Shown: positions 28,466-38,044 of the stretch, in pieces
How the letters are laid out: every line of letters begins with the position of its first letter
Position numbering within the stretch: the first letter of the stretch is position 1
From: Candidatus Obscuribacteraceae bacterium
GTDB lineage: Bacteria; Cyanobacteriota; Vampirovibrionia; Obscuribacterales; Obscuribacteraceae
Direction: 5' to 3'
Assembly (NCBI GenBank): GCA_044229845.1
Contig: JBGASG010000005.1
Coordinates: 349,078-413,077 of the forward strand
DNA: 64,000 nt
The notes under the pieces: model-generated
The model's input: the letters and a program-made list of their open reading frames with translations, nothing else
Told to the model about the DNA's origin: nothing
Databases searched by the model: none
Program-made: the position numbers and the translations under genes

Positions 28466-29089
28466 TTAGCGCCGTCCACCCGCTACTGGTTGGCGCGCCG
28501 GAGCCGTTATGGGCGGACGATTTCCCAGTCCCATGCGGTGCATGCCGCGCAGGTCTGCTCTGGAAGGCTTGCAAACTTTGCCGAGAACGTAGTCAGCCAG
28601 CGGCAGAACGACGTTGTAGTTGGTATTGCCATGCACATGGTGCAGGTAATGGTGTCTGGCCAGGTATTTGAAGACCGGGTAATCGGCAAAGAAACGTTGC
28701 TCCGGCTTATGCATCTCCAGGTGAATCAAGTTCCACAGCTTGTGGTGGAGGCAGACAACAGCAACGAAAGTGACTGCACAGGGCCAGGAGAATATGGAAA
28801 TCAGAGCGGCCACCGGCAGTGCTTCAAAAAATCCTTCCCGTACACTCAGCTTCAGACCGCGCTCCATGCCACGCGGCACCGGTTCATCGCGAAACTGTTT
28901 GTGGTACTGCCCGTGATGCAAAATCGCATGGTGATCGAAAACTTTCTTGATCACTGGAAACCGGCAGAGCCAACTTTTGCGATGCATCAAATACCTGTGC
29001 ACACCGTGCTCGATGAAAGACATCAGCACTGTCGACACTATTAAAGCCAACAAAAATTGGACGATCAGATTGAACATCGAGAGTCTCAA
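28466..29089 (-). CDS. Fatty acid hydroxylase/sterol desaturase family protein
   Basis: His boxes HRYLMH, HHAILHH, H..MH, HHYLHH and NYNV. Confidence 0.8.
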   Translation of the reverse strand: MRLSMFNLIVQFLLALIVSTVLMSFIEHGVHRYLMHRKSWLCRFPVIKKVFDHHAILHHGQYHKQFRDEPVPRGMERGLKLSVREGFFEALPVAALISIFSWPCAVTFVAVVCLHHKLWNLIHLEMHKPEQRFFADYPVFKYLARHHYLHHVHGNTNYNVVLPLADYVLGKVCKPSRADLRGMHRMGLGNRPPITAPARQPVAGGRR

Positions 29090-29217
29090 TAGGATTCCAG
29101 ACCAACGGTACCACGAACAGTGGCAATAGCCAGCAGTCAGGCGGCATTAATTAAGCCGCTGGACCACTGTATTAAATGCATTATCCGATGGTTCAGCCGG
29201 CATTGCGGCATCTCAAA

Positions 29218-29778
29218 TCAGGCAGTGGGCGAGGATGACGGGCCCTTACGATCGAGATATTTTTGCAGGATAATCGCTGCCGCCTGCCGATCGACCAGTT
29301 CCTTTTCATGTCCGGTCTTGATGCCCTGAGCAGTCAAAGTACGGATAGCGGACACCGTGGACAAGCGTTCGTCCTCGTAAACAATCGGCAGACCGCATTC
29401 ACGAGCCAGTTTAGCGCCGAATGCCTGCACTTTCTGGGCTTGCTCGCCGATGGTGTTGTCCATGTTTTTCGGCAAACCTATGACGATTTCGACAGCGCCG
29501 TGTCGCTTAGCCAGTTCCGCAACTGCCTTCAAGTCTGTGGCCATGTTCTTGCGTGTGATCGTGTCCAGACCGGCGGCAGTAATGCCGAGCGGATCGGAGA
29601 TGGCGACGCCGATGCGCCGGTCGCCTACGTCCAGTCCCAATAATCTCGGTTTCAATCGGACCTCCCGATATTTGCCGCTGTCAGAGCTCTCGTTCATCTC
29701 CGCGTCAGCGGACGCCTTGTCTTTCGCACCGTCTGTGGTGCGCACTACTTGTAGGTCTGGCCGTTGAGTAGAATCCAT
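29218..29778 (-). CDS. ruvX: YqgF/RuvX pre-16S rRNA nuclease
   Basis: LGLDVGDRRIGVAISD, VIGLP, DERLST, VDRQAAAIILQ; start may be 29697. Confidence 0.92.
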   Translation of the reverse strand: MDSTQRPDLQVVRTTDGAKDKASADAEMNESSDSGKYREVRLKPRLLGLDVGDRRIGVAISDPLGITAAGLDTITRKNMATDLKAVAELAKRHGAVEIVIGLPKNMDNTIGEQAQKVQAFGAKLARECGLPIVYEDERLSTVSAIRTLTAQGIKTGHEKELVDRQAAAIILQKYLDRKGPSSSPTA

Positions 29779-30281
29779 CCGCCCTCTTCTGTTCCCTGGG
29801 GATCGTGATGCGTCCAGTGCAGCACGCCGCCTTTTTCGTTCCAGATATATTCGCCGCGAATAAGGACGACATTTCCTGGAGATACCGGTACTCTCGGCGC
29901 CAAATCAGTATTATGCGCTACCAGGACCGTACTGCCATTATCAAGTTTAAGGAGAAACCTCTGATGACAGGGGGGACGGCGATCGTCCTCGAGGCTCCTG
30001 AGAACCGCAGCCTGCACTGTCAGCCAGACTTTGCGGGCATGATCCTGCTGGGCTTTTAGAATCTGTCCCTGGGCAACACTGACTGAATTGCCATTGCGTC
30101 CGGCGACGGCGGTCCCGCCGACCGGCGCTCCGAAGTCGGACTGGTAGCCGGGCGTGTTGGCGTAGCGCGTGTCCCCGATAGCGTTTGCAGCTGGCTGGGG
30201 CGGCGAAGCGACGCACCCGGACAGCGCCACCGAAAGGCACAGGGCAACAGTTGTCCGTACATAGAAAGTAATTGACAGCAT
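29745..30281 (-). CDS. DUF3465-like lipoprotein
   Basis: Lipobox LSGC; HQRFLL, VAHNTDLAPR, GEYIWN, HWTHHDP. Confidence 0.8.
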   Translation of the reverse strand: MLSITFYVRTTVALCLSVALSGCVASPPQPAANAIGDTRYANTPGYQSDFGAPVGGTAVAGRNGNSVSVAQGQILKAQQDHARKVWLTVQAAVLRSLEDDRRPPCHQRFLLKLDNGSTVLVAHNTDLAPRVPVSPGNVVLIRGEYIWNEKGGVLHWTHHDPQGTEEGGWILLNGQTYK

Positions 30282-30508
30282 CGCTTTGTTTTGATATTTC
30301 CAATACTGGTGCGGCTTGACGCCCTGCGGGAACGTTTATCGCTGGCGATAATCTTTAGATATTGGCTTGAGATACCGACTGACTGCGTTCAATTATCCCT
30401 TAAGCCCGCCAAAGCCACGACAAAAGCCACAGAACCCTCCATCCCGTGAGGTTTTGAGAGCCCGCAAGGGTATATATACATGAGGCAACAAAGGTTTCTT
30501 CCCAGGAT

Positions 30509-31627
30509 ATGAGTTCGATTTACCTAACCGGCGATGCATTAGAAGCTCCAGAAATTAATATGCTGGTCGCCGAACAGCAACCCGACTGGCGCGCCGTTGC
30601 CATGAACAGACTGCAGCGTTATGGACTGCGCGTGGTCAATCCGATCGTGGAGATGATTTCATCCGCCCCCTCCTCTGAAGAATCGGGTGTCGATAAGAGT
30701 GTGCGCCGGGCGCTGGATTTAATCGACCAGTGCGACGCGCTGCTCGCCAATTTAACTTCGGCAAACGGTCCCGGAGCAGCCGGCTACGGCGGTCCCGGGT
30801 ACGGTCCCGGCTACGGCACGGCGATGGAAATTTTCTACGCGCACCGGCGCGGCAAAATGGTGACGGTCGTCGGGCAGTCGCCCTTCAATCCCTGGGTTCT
30901 GTCGCACTCGCAAGCGCGTTTCCCGAACATAGACTACGCGCTCGAATATCTGATCGGCGAACAGCCGCACGTCGACCCTTTGAGCTGGGCTCTGCAACAC
31001 GAAGCTGTGGTTTCGGAACGACATGAGCAGCTGCCTCCGCACGGTGAGCCCGATTACCAGTTTCTGGGCGGCGACTTCCCGGTGCTGGTTTTAGCGCCGC
31101 ACTCATCGGCGTTTTTCCGCGAAAGCGACTTCCAGGAGCCTGACGCTTTTACAGGTACTCTGGCGGCGCTGATGCATCGATTTGCCCGCTCGCACGCGTT
31201 GCAAACCAGCTACTGCTCGGTGGCAGATCCATGCTTGCATCTGGAAACGCCCATGGTGCGTGCCCTGGCTGACATCGTCAAAACCGGGCGCATGGGTCTG
31301 GTGGTTGTGCTCCTGGGCTCGCCCTGGCACGAATCACACGGACTGATGTTGGAGACCGCCGGTCCACCCAGCGTTCAGGAGTTCGCCAGCCGGTTGCGCC
31401 TGTCACTCGGTTCACTGGAACCCGTGGCCGAAGCTCAGCCGGACAGTCAGATTGCGCCTCTGACACATTTTATCGCCGAGACTCTCAACATGCCGACGCT
31501 GGTTTTGAAAACGCACCGGCGCTACCGCATGCCTAAACTACAGCCGGAACCATTCGTGCAACTGGTATCACGGCTGGCCGAATTCGTCGCCGACAGTGGT
31601 GTTGAACTTTTGAGAAACCGCAGCTGA
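30509..31627 (+). CDS. Nucleoside 2-deoxyribosyltransferase-like domain fused to an amidohydrolase-like domain
   Basis: IYLTG, VVNP, IDQCDALLANL, GTAMEIFYA; second domain begins VLVLAPHS. Confidence 0.6.
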   Translation: MSSIYLTGDALEAPEINMLVAEQQPDWRAVAMNRLQRYGLRVVNPIVEMISSAPSSEESGVDKSVRRALDLIDQCDALLANLTSANGPGAAGYGGPGYGPGYGTAMEIFYAHRRGKMVTVVGQSPFNPWVLSHSQARFPNIDYALEYLIGEQPHVDPLSWALQHEAVVSERHEQLPPHGEPDYQFLGGDFPVLVLAPHSSAFFRESDFQEPDAFTGTLAALMHRFARSHALQTSYCSVADPCLHLETPMVRALADIVKTGRMGLVVVLLGSPWHESHGLMLETAGPPSVQEFASRLRLSLGSLEPVAEAQPDSQIAPLTHFIAETLNMPTLVLKTHRRYRMPKLQPEPFVQLVSRLAEFVADSGVELLRNRS

Positions 31628-31947
31628 TGGGCGGCGAAATCATTGTCTTGGTGACCAGCCCGCAGCAGGATCTCAGCGAGGCGATTGCCCATCGCTTAGT
31701 TGAAGAAGGTCTGGCTGCCTGCGTCAATGTCGTGCCCGGTATCACTTCGATATACAAATGGCAGGACGAAGTACAAAAAGAGACCGAGCAACTGCTCGTC
31801 ATCAAGTCACATGAGCGGCTCTGGGAGAGCCTCGAGAAGCGCATCAAGGAATTGCACTCCTATGACGTTCCGGAAATTGTGAGCATACCTTTGAAGAGCG
31901 GATTTCCACCATATCTCGAATGGATGAATGCAAATCTGCGTACTTAA
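31627..31947 (+). CDS. cutA: Divalent cation tolerance protein CutA
   Basis: LAACVN, SIYKWQ, HSYDVPEI, YLEW. Confidence 0.93.
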   Translation: MGGEIIVLVTSPQQDLSEAIAHRLVEEGLAACVNVVPGITSIYKWQDEVQKETEQLLVIKSHERLWESLEKRIKELHSYDVPEIVSIPLKSGFPPYLEWMNANLRT

Positions 31948-31962
31948 ACTAGAATGTAATTA

Positions 31963-33816
31963 GTGAAGCAAGAAACTGTTATTCATGTCTTCTGGGAGCG
32001 GGTCGAACAGACTCCGCATCGGCCTGCGATATTGCACAAAGTAACCGGCGAATATCGTCCGGTAGTCTGGGGTGAGTGTGGACGCATAGTCAAATTCATC
32101 GCCGCCGGTCTGCTCAAACATGGTGTCAAAAGCGGTGACAAGGTCGCCATCCTCTCCAACAGCCGATCGCAGTGGTCGTGGGCAGACATCGCCATTCTCT
32201 CGGCGCAGGGCGTGACGGTTCCCATTTACCCGACATTGACGGCCGGTGAAGTCGACTACTTGCTCAAACACTCGGAAGCGACAGCCATTTTTCTGGAGAA
32301 TGCGCGTCAACTGCAAAAGGTGATTGCTGCCGGTGAGAAACTCTCAGAAGACCTGCGCTTCGCCGTCTTGATGGAAGGCGAGCCGCCGGAAGACTGTCCG
32401 ATCAAAGTTATGAGCTGGGAGGAATTTGCCAGAGAGGGTCAGTCTTATCTGGAACAGCATCCCGACTCAGTCAAAGAACGCATCGACGCAATTCTGGCCG
32501 GTGACGTCGCCACCATCGTCTACACGTCAGGCACCACCGGCATTCCCAAAGGCGTCATGCTTTTGCATCGCAACATCTATTTTGTTTGCCAGACAATCAG
32601 TCTGAACGTCGGGTTTCATCCCGACGACATCGCACTGTCTTTCCTCCCTCTGTCGCACATCTTCGAACGCGTCGGCGGGCAGTTTCTCTGCATCTACGAA
32701 GGCATGCTGATGGCATACGCGGAGGCTATGGAGACCGTGCCGCAAAACATGATGGAGGTCAGACCGACCATCATGAATGCGGTGCCTCGATTTTACGAGA
32801 AGGCCTACAACCGCATCACCGCTGAGGTGCGCAAGATGCCGCAAGCCCAGCAATATCTGGTGCGCTGGGCACTTTCGCTTGGTCGGCGCGCCGCCAAGTT
32901 TAAAGAGCAGAGCTCGGAGAACGAACTGGACGTCGTCCACAACATCTACAAAACCGAGTTGCGCGTCGCCGACCGCATCGTCTTCTCCCGCATCAGAAGA
33001 CGGTTTGGAGGCAGACTACGATTTCTGGTATCGGGCGCGGCACCACTTTCGCCGGAAGTGCAATCATTTTTCGAGTGCATCGGACTGCCGATTATCGAAG
33101 GCTATGGTTTGACAGAAACGGCTGCGCCGGTGGCCTGCAATAAGCCCACAGACGTTCGCAAGGGCACCGTCGGTAAACCGCTTCCCGGGCTGGAAGTAAA
33201 GATCGCCGAGGACGGCGAAATTCTTGTTAAAGGACCAAGCATCTTTGCCGGTTACTACAAAAATCCCGAGGCGACGGCGGAAGCGTTGACAGCGGACGGC
33301 TGGTTCCGCACCGGCGACATCGGCGAAATAGACTCTGAGGGCTACTTGCGCATTAAAGATCGCAAGAAAGACATCATCATTACATCCGGCGGCAAGCATG
33401 TGGCACCGCAATTCATCGAAAATCTCTTCGCGGGCGAGCGCCTGGTGAGCCGCATCCTAGCCTATGGGGACAAACGCCGGTTTATTTCTGCATTGCTCAC
33501 ACTCAACCCGGACGGGGCGCAGCAGTTTGCGCAGCAGCACGGCATCTCGTTCTCCAGCGTCGAAGAACTGGCGCACCACCCGCTGGTGCTCGCGGAAGTG
33601 CAGGCGATTATCAACCGCAAAAACGAGCGGCTGGCGTCCTTCGAGCAAATCAAAAAACATATCGTGTTGGAAAACGACTTCTCCATCGAAGCCGACGAGC
33701 TGACTCCCACCTTGAAGATGAAACGCAAGTTCATCGTCGAGAAGTATCAGAAGGTACTCGATGAGCTCTACAGCGAAGAAGACGACGCGCGATTCAATAC
33801 GAAAGAAGCCAGCTGA
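31963..33816 (+). CDS. Long-chain fatty acid-CoA/ACP ligase
   Basis: YTSGTTGIPKG, FLPLSHIFER, EGYGLTE, GWFRTGDIG, LTPTLKMKR. Confidence 0.93.
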   Translation: MKQETVIHVFWERVEQTPHRPAILHKVTGEYRPVVWGECGRIVKFIAAGLLKHGVKSGDKVAILSNSRSQWSWADIAILSAQGVTVPIYPTLTAGEVDYLLKHSEATAIFLENARQLQKVIAAGEKLSEDLRFAVLMEGEPPEDCPIKVMSWEEFAREGQSYLEQHPDSVKERIDAILAGDVATIVYTSGTTGIPKGVMLLHRNIYFVCQTISLNVGFHPDDIALSFLPLSHIFERVGGQFLCIYEGMLMAYAEAMETVPQNMMEVRPTIMNAVPRFYEKAYNRITAEVRKMPQAQQYLVRWALSLGRRAAKFKEQSSENELDVVHNIYKTELRVADRIVFSRIRRRFGGRLRFLVSGAAPLSPEVQSFFECIGLPIIEGYGLTETAAPVACNKPTDVRKGTVGKPLPGLEVKIAEDGEILVKGPSIFAGYYKNPEATAEALTADGWFRTGDIGEIDSEGYLRIKDRKKDIIITSGGKHVAPQFIENLFAGERLVSRILAYGDKRRFISALLTLNPDGAQQFAQQHGISFSSVEELAHHPLVLAEVQAIINRKNERLASFEQIKKHIVLENDFSIEADELTPTLKMKRKFIVEKYQKVLDELYSEEDDARFNTKEAS

Positions 33817-33829
33817 CGAAAAGTGGGTC

Positions 33830-33941
33830 GTGAGCAAAACTGCTCACTTCAGACCTGTCCCAGGTAGCAATTTTGCTCACGAGCATCCGATTTAATGTGA
33901 TTTCGAACTTGAGCGACCCCTGAATGAGCAATTTTGCTCAC
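33830..33941. repeat. Three copies of a 17-18-bp palindrome (GTGAGCAAWWYTGCTCAC-like)
   Basis: GTGAGCAAAACTGCTCAC (33830), GTAGCAATTTTGCTCAC (33864), ATGAGCAATTTTGCTCAC (33924). Confidence 0.75.
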
Positions 33942-34002
33942 GGCGGGAGGAAACCTCGGTGGACCGCCACGAAAGAGACTCTCCTGGGATAATAAAAAGT
34001 GC

Positions 34003-34031
34003 TTTACATATCCTTGGCAACTATATAAAAT
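34003..34031 (+). promoter_or_regulatory. Candidate sigma70 promoter
   Basis: TTTACA-17 nt-TAAAAT in an AT-rich intergenic stretch, about 100 nt upstream of 34138. Confidence 0.5.
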
Positions 34032-34137
34032 ATAGTCGACTATTAGTCATCTCAGGCCTCATGGCCGAGAGCGCCCTCTCCCCTTACTAAGTACTCGCAA
34101 CCTATGCAATTCACGCCCCCCAGAGGCTTCGCCGTTT

Positions 34138-35142
34138 ATGTTTGAATCGTTTTCGCGCGGTTTCCGGATGATCATGGCCAGCGTCAAAATGGGCTGGCAA
34201 GACAAACGCCTACTGATTCCGTCCATTCTGACCGTCTTTACCAACCTGTTCTTCGGCGTCTTGCTGTTCGCTCAAGAAGCGCAACGCATGCAACACCACG
34301 GACAAAACCTCGTCCGCCAGACTGCCGCCTTCAATCAGTCGGCCAGTGGCGGCGTCCAGGGCATGCAGAACATGCTCAATATGACGCAGCTGAATGGACC
34401 CGGCGACCAGAGCGGCTTCGACGCGCTGGGCGGTCTGTTCACCGCCGACAACGGGCTTCTGGTCACCTCGCTGGTCATGGTCTGGTGGCTGACTAACCGC
34501 TTTCTCGAAGGCGTCACCACTGCGCTCGTCTACTCCCATCTGACCGAAGGACGGGGCTCCGGCAAGTTCTCCACGGCTGTGTCCGCCGTCGTCTCCAGTC
34601 TGCCCGCCATCGTCATGCTGGGCGTCATCACCTTCATCGCTCGCCGCGCCGCCGGCTGGATGCGCAACAAGCGCAATTCAGGCGTTCTGGGCATGGGCTT
34701 TAACTTTCTGGCAGGCGTCGTCGAGGTTTTCTGGACCCTCGCCGGACACCTGATTTTGCCTGCCATCGTGATTGAGGGGACATCCTTCTGGGGCGGCATG
34801 AAGCGCGCCGATAAAATTGCCCAGGGCAACCTTTTGACCATCGGTGTCGGCGAAGTCGGCGTAGACATTATCTGCCGCCTCTCCACCTGGGGTCTCTATG
34901 GCATAGGCGCAGGCTGTTTCGCCCTCGGGACCTACTTCAAAATCAACATGATGTCGCCGGTCGTAGTGATGTCCGGCATCATCTGGATGGCTTCTGCCGT
35001 GTTCGTCACAGCCCTGTCCATATATATAAGGTCTGCGTTCTACACCTGCCTGTATGTCTGGGCGATTGAATCTGAAGCCGTTGAAGAGGCCGAACGGGCT
35101 CGCATCAAGCCGCCAGAGCCACTGGCAGCCGCTCTCGCTTAA
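34138..35142 (+). CDS. Conserved membrane protein (DUF6159-like)
   Basis: MFESFSRG...DKRLL, W....LILPAIVIEG; multi-TM. Confidence 0.7.
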   Translation: MFESFSRGFRMIMASVKMGWQDKRLLIPSILTVFTNLFFGVLLFAQEAQRMQHHGQNLVRQTAAFNQSASGGVQGMQNMLNMTQLNGPGDQSGFDALGGLFTADNGLLVTSLVMVWWLTNRFLEGVTTALVYSHLTEGRGSGKFSTAVSAVVSSLPAIVMLGVITFIARRAAGWMRNKRNSGVLGMGFNFLAGVVEVFWTLAGHLILPAIVIEGTSFWGGMKRADKIAQGNLLTIGVGEVGVDIICRLSTWGLYGIGAGCFALGTYFKINMMSPVVVMSGIIWMASAVFVTALSIYIRSAFYTCLYVWAIESEAVEEAERARIKPPEPLAAALA

Positions 35143-35251
35143 GCCGATTTAAGAAACCCAGAAACTACAACGGTTTCCATATATTTAGCTCCTGAGATCC
35201 TTAAGGGATAAGTATTCCTTTGCACGTCTTGGTCATGGTGCCCTTATACTC

Positions 35252-35560
35252 ATGACCATGAACAAGATGAATACAGCAATTTATATAGCAAACGCGCTCC
35301 TGTTGAGCATTGGCATCGCCTCTGCATCCGCAGCGCCGGAGCAATTGAAGCCGACGGTGCAAGGTGTTCTGACAGGACCTGTAGTGGCAGTTCCACTGAA
35401 AGACCCCGCAGTCAAGCGGGCCGTGGAACTCTTGCAGAAAAACAAATCAGCGCAACCAGCGCACGAAAAACCAAAAAAACAAAACAAACCCGACAGTCCG
35501 ATCGGTCTGAGAAGCAACAAAAACTTGATTCTCGGCGGTCCGGAAATGGTACCCATGTAA
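35252..35560 (+). CDS. Hypothetical secreted protein
   Basis: Signal peptide ASA-A. Confidence 0.5.
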   Translation: MTMNKMNTAIYIANALLLSIGIASASAAPEQLKPTVQGVLTGPVVAVPLKDPAVKRAVELLQKNKSAQPAHEKPKKQNKPDSPIGLRSNKNLILGGPEMVPM

Positions 35561-35682
35561 CTCGGTTGGCAAAGGCATTGATGCTAAGGGCGAGGCTTTT
35601 GGTCTCGCCCTTTCAGTTAGTGCGTGCGAAGTCAAGCGCTCAACTGGGAATAGAATATAGCAAGAGGTAGGAGGAACTACTC

Positions 35683-35913
35683 GTGGCTACGAACAAAACG
35701 CTAACCGAAGCTGTGAAAGACATCGTCAAAACGACGGGTCAAGTCCGGAAGTGGGACGCCACAGCACTCAAAGAACTGATTCTTGCCGATGGAAGAATCT
35801 CCACCGAAGAACGTCTGTTCCTCGAGAAGGCAATTGAAGAAAACCAGATGGACGAGAATGCTCAGAAGATCCTCAAAGACCTTCTGCTGCGCGACGAACT
35901 GAAGAACCGCTAG
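35683..35913 (+). CDS. Small hypothetical protein (TerB-like ADGRISTEE motif)
   Basis: Strong AGGAGG RBS, GTG start, downstream terminator. Confidence 0.7.
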   Translation: MATNKTLTEAVKDIVKTTGQVRKWDATALKELILADGRISTEERLFLEKAIEENQMDENAQKILKDLLLRDELKNR

Positions 35914-35966
35914 TTCCAAGCACTGTTCGCGTAGCCACCGTCCGTGGTGCATAATCTAGTATCGGG

Positions 35967-35999
35967 AAGCGGCACCGCTATTGGTGCCGCTTTTCCTTT
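35967..35999 (+). terminator. Intrinsic terminator
   Basis: AAGCGGCACC-gctatt-GGTGCCGCTT stem followed by a T-rich tail. Confidence 0.65.
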
Positions 36000-36034
36000 G
36001 CTGATCTTTAAAAATCGCCAACAGCGGGCATAAA

Positions 36035-38044
36035 TTGGGTATGAGTAACGAATTCAAGCCGTCGCAGCCTGGCTCCCCTGAACTGGTGGAAGGGAGTCTC
36101 ACAGGCACCATCACTTCGGTGCCCTGCCCGAAGTGCGGTCTTGCCGTCGCAGCCACGCTCGACAGTTGCCCTGTCGACGGTACACCGACACGCGAGATTG
36201 TCATCGACGCCGACGCGCTCGAACGCTACAAGTTGCTCTCGCCTATCGGCGAAGGCGGGATGAGTGTAGTCTACAAAGCTCAGCATTTGCTAATGGACAA
36301 GTTTGTCGCCGTCAAGCTTTTACATGCGCGGACCGGCAGCGGTAGCGCGGCAGTCAAACGCTTTCAACAAGAAGCCAAAGCAGCTAGTTTGCTTCGCCAC
36401 CCCTACATTACTCCCGTGCACGATTTTGGCGTCCTGCCCAACGGCACGGCGTTTCTCGTCATGGAATTCGAGCCTGGAGAAAGTCTCGCCAATTACATTA
36501 AAAGGCACGGTCCGCTCTCGCCATCGAAAGCATTGCCTTTGTTTATCGGCATTGCCCAGGCCCTGGCTCACGCTCACAAGCAAGGCGTTCTGCATCGCGA
36601 CTTGAAACCCGGCAATGTGATGGTGCACATTGACGAATCTGGAAATCTCGAAGGACGACTGGTCGATTTCGGCATTGCCAAAGTAGTTAACGATGGGGAA
36701 AACGATGCCGCCAAGCCGCAGCTGACTGCCACCGGCGAAGTGTTCGGCAGTCCTGCTTACATGAGCCCGGAACAATGCCAGGGACAAGCGGTCGATCAAC
36801 GCTCCGATCTCTATTCGTTGGGATGTCTGATGTACGAAGCGTTGTCCGGCGAGGTACCGCACACGGGTGACACCAGCTTCGACATCATCTACAAACGCCT
36901 GAACAACGATGCGCCACCACTTCCGGTTCGTTCAGTCGGCAGCGCCCCGGAGGCAGGTCTGCGCGCCATCATTGATAAGTGTTTGCAACGCGATGCAGAA
37001 AAGCGCTACGCATCCGCCGGGGAAATGCTGACCGACCTGCGCGCACTCGTTGACGGTCGCGTTGTCAGCGCTCGCCTCGCTGCTCGCAAACGTCCCACTA
37101 TCTCCAGAATTTTTATCGCGGCCGGACCACTGGTGGTTGTAGCAATCGCCATCGCCTCCTTCCTCATGCATGGCGCCAATCGAAATGCACAAAACTCCAC
37201 TTCCTCACCATCTGCTCCAGCGCCGCTTTCTGAAGCGTTGACACCGCAAGACACAGGACTTGTCTTTCCAGCCAACGGTGCCAAAAGCGCACCAAAAGGC
37301 TGGGACGATACACGTGCCGAAGCGCTGTTCAAAGACTCCACCGACTACAGCTCCATAAACTTCAGCGACACTCCGGTCACCGACAGATCGATGCAGGCTG
37401 TCAGAGGAAACGTGCGTTTGCACACTCTGATCTTAAACAACACCGCCGTCACCGACAAAGGCTTGGAGCTACTAAAACACTTCTCGAAAATCAACCAACT
37501 CGATCTCGTCGGTATGAACAACATCACTGACGCTGGAATAGAAGCTGTTGCAAAACAAAAGAGTCTGCGAGTTGTGCACATCAACAACACTCACGTCACT
37601 GATGCCGGGCTCGCCAAACTGGCAACGATCTCAAATCTAGAGTCTATGGGAATGAGCCATTCCGATGTGACAGGCAAGGGCTTCATAGAGTTTCTCAAGC
37701 AACAACCGCAGTTGCAGCGGGTCAGCTGTGGTGGCGTCGGATTGACCGACAAGGACATCCAGTCGATGCCGGAGATGAAAGAGCTCGTCTTGCTGAAGAT
37801 CCAGAACTCCTCCCTTACCGATGCGTGCATCCCCGCGATTGTGAAAGCTTGCCCAAATCTGGTTCATCTAGACATCGCCGGCAGCGAGGTGACAACGCGT
37901 GGACTGGCACCATTGGCTACCCTATCAAGGCTGCGACAGATCGATTGCGGCAGTTGCGCCGGCGTCGATACCAAAGAAGCGACTGCGGAACTGAGCGCTC
38001 TTTCGAAGCGCAAGAAAATTCTGGTGACCAGAGCGATCGAATAA
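36035..38044 (+). CDS. Hanks-type Ser/Thr kinase with zinc ribbon, TM and C-terminal LRRs
   Basis: CPKC..CPVDG, IGEGGMSVVY, VAVK, HRDLKPGN, DFGIAK, GSPAYMSPEQ, TM, L.L..T.VTD.GL repeats. Confidence 0.93.
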   Translation: MGMSNEFKPSQPGSPELVEGSLTGTITSVPCPKCGLAVAATLDSCPVDGTPTREIVIDADALERYKLLSPIGEGGMSVVYKAQHLLMDKFVAVKLLHARTGSGSAAVKRFQQEAKAASLLRHPYITPVHDFGVLPNGTAFLVMEFEPGESLANYIKRHGPLSPSKALPLFIGIAQALAHAHKQGVLHRDLKPGNVMVHIDESGNLEGRLVDFGIAKVVNDGENDAAKPQLTATGEVFGSPAYMSPEQCQGQAVDQRSDLYSLGCLMYEALSGEVPHTGDTSFDIIYKRLNNDAPPLPVRSVGSAPEAGLRAIIDKCLQRDAEKRYASAGEMLTDLRALVDGRVVSARLAARKRPTISRIFIAAGPLVVVAIAIASFLMHGANRNAQNSTSSPSAPAPLSEALTPQDTGLVFPANGAKSAPKGWDDTRAEALFKDSTDYSSINFSDTPVTDRSMQAVRGNVRLHTLILNNTAVTDKGLELLKHFSKINQLDLVGMNNITDAGIEAVAKQKSLRVVHINNTHVTDAGLAKLATISNLESMGMSHSDVTGKGFIEFLKQQPQLQRVSCGGVGLTDKDIQSMPEMKELVLLKIQNSSLTDACIPAIVKACPNLVHLDIAGSEVTTRGLAPLATLSRLRQIDCGSCAGVDTKEATAELSALSKRKKILVTRAIE

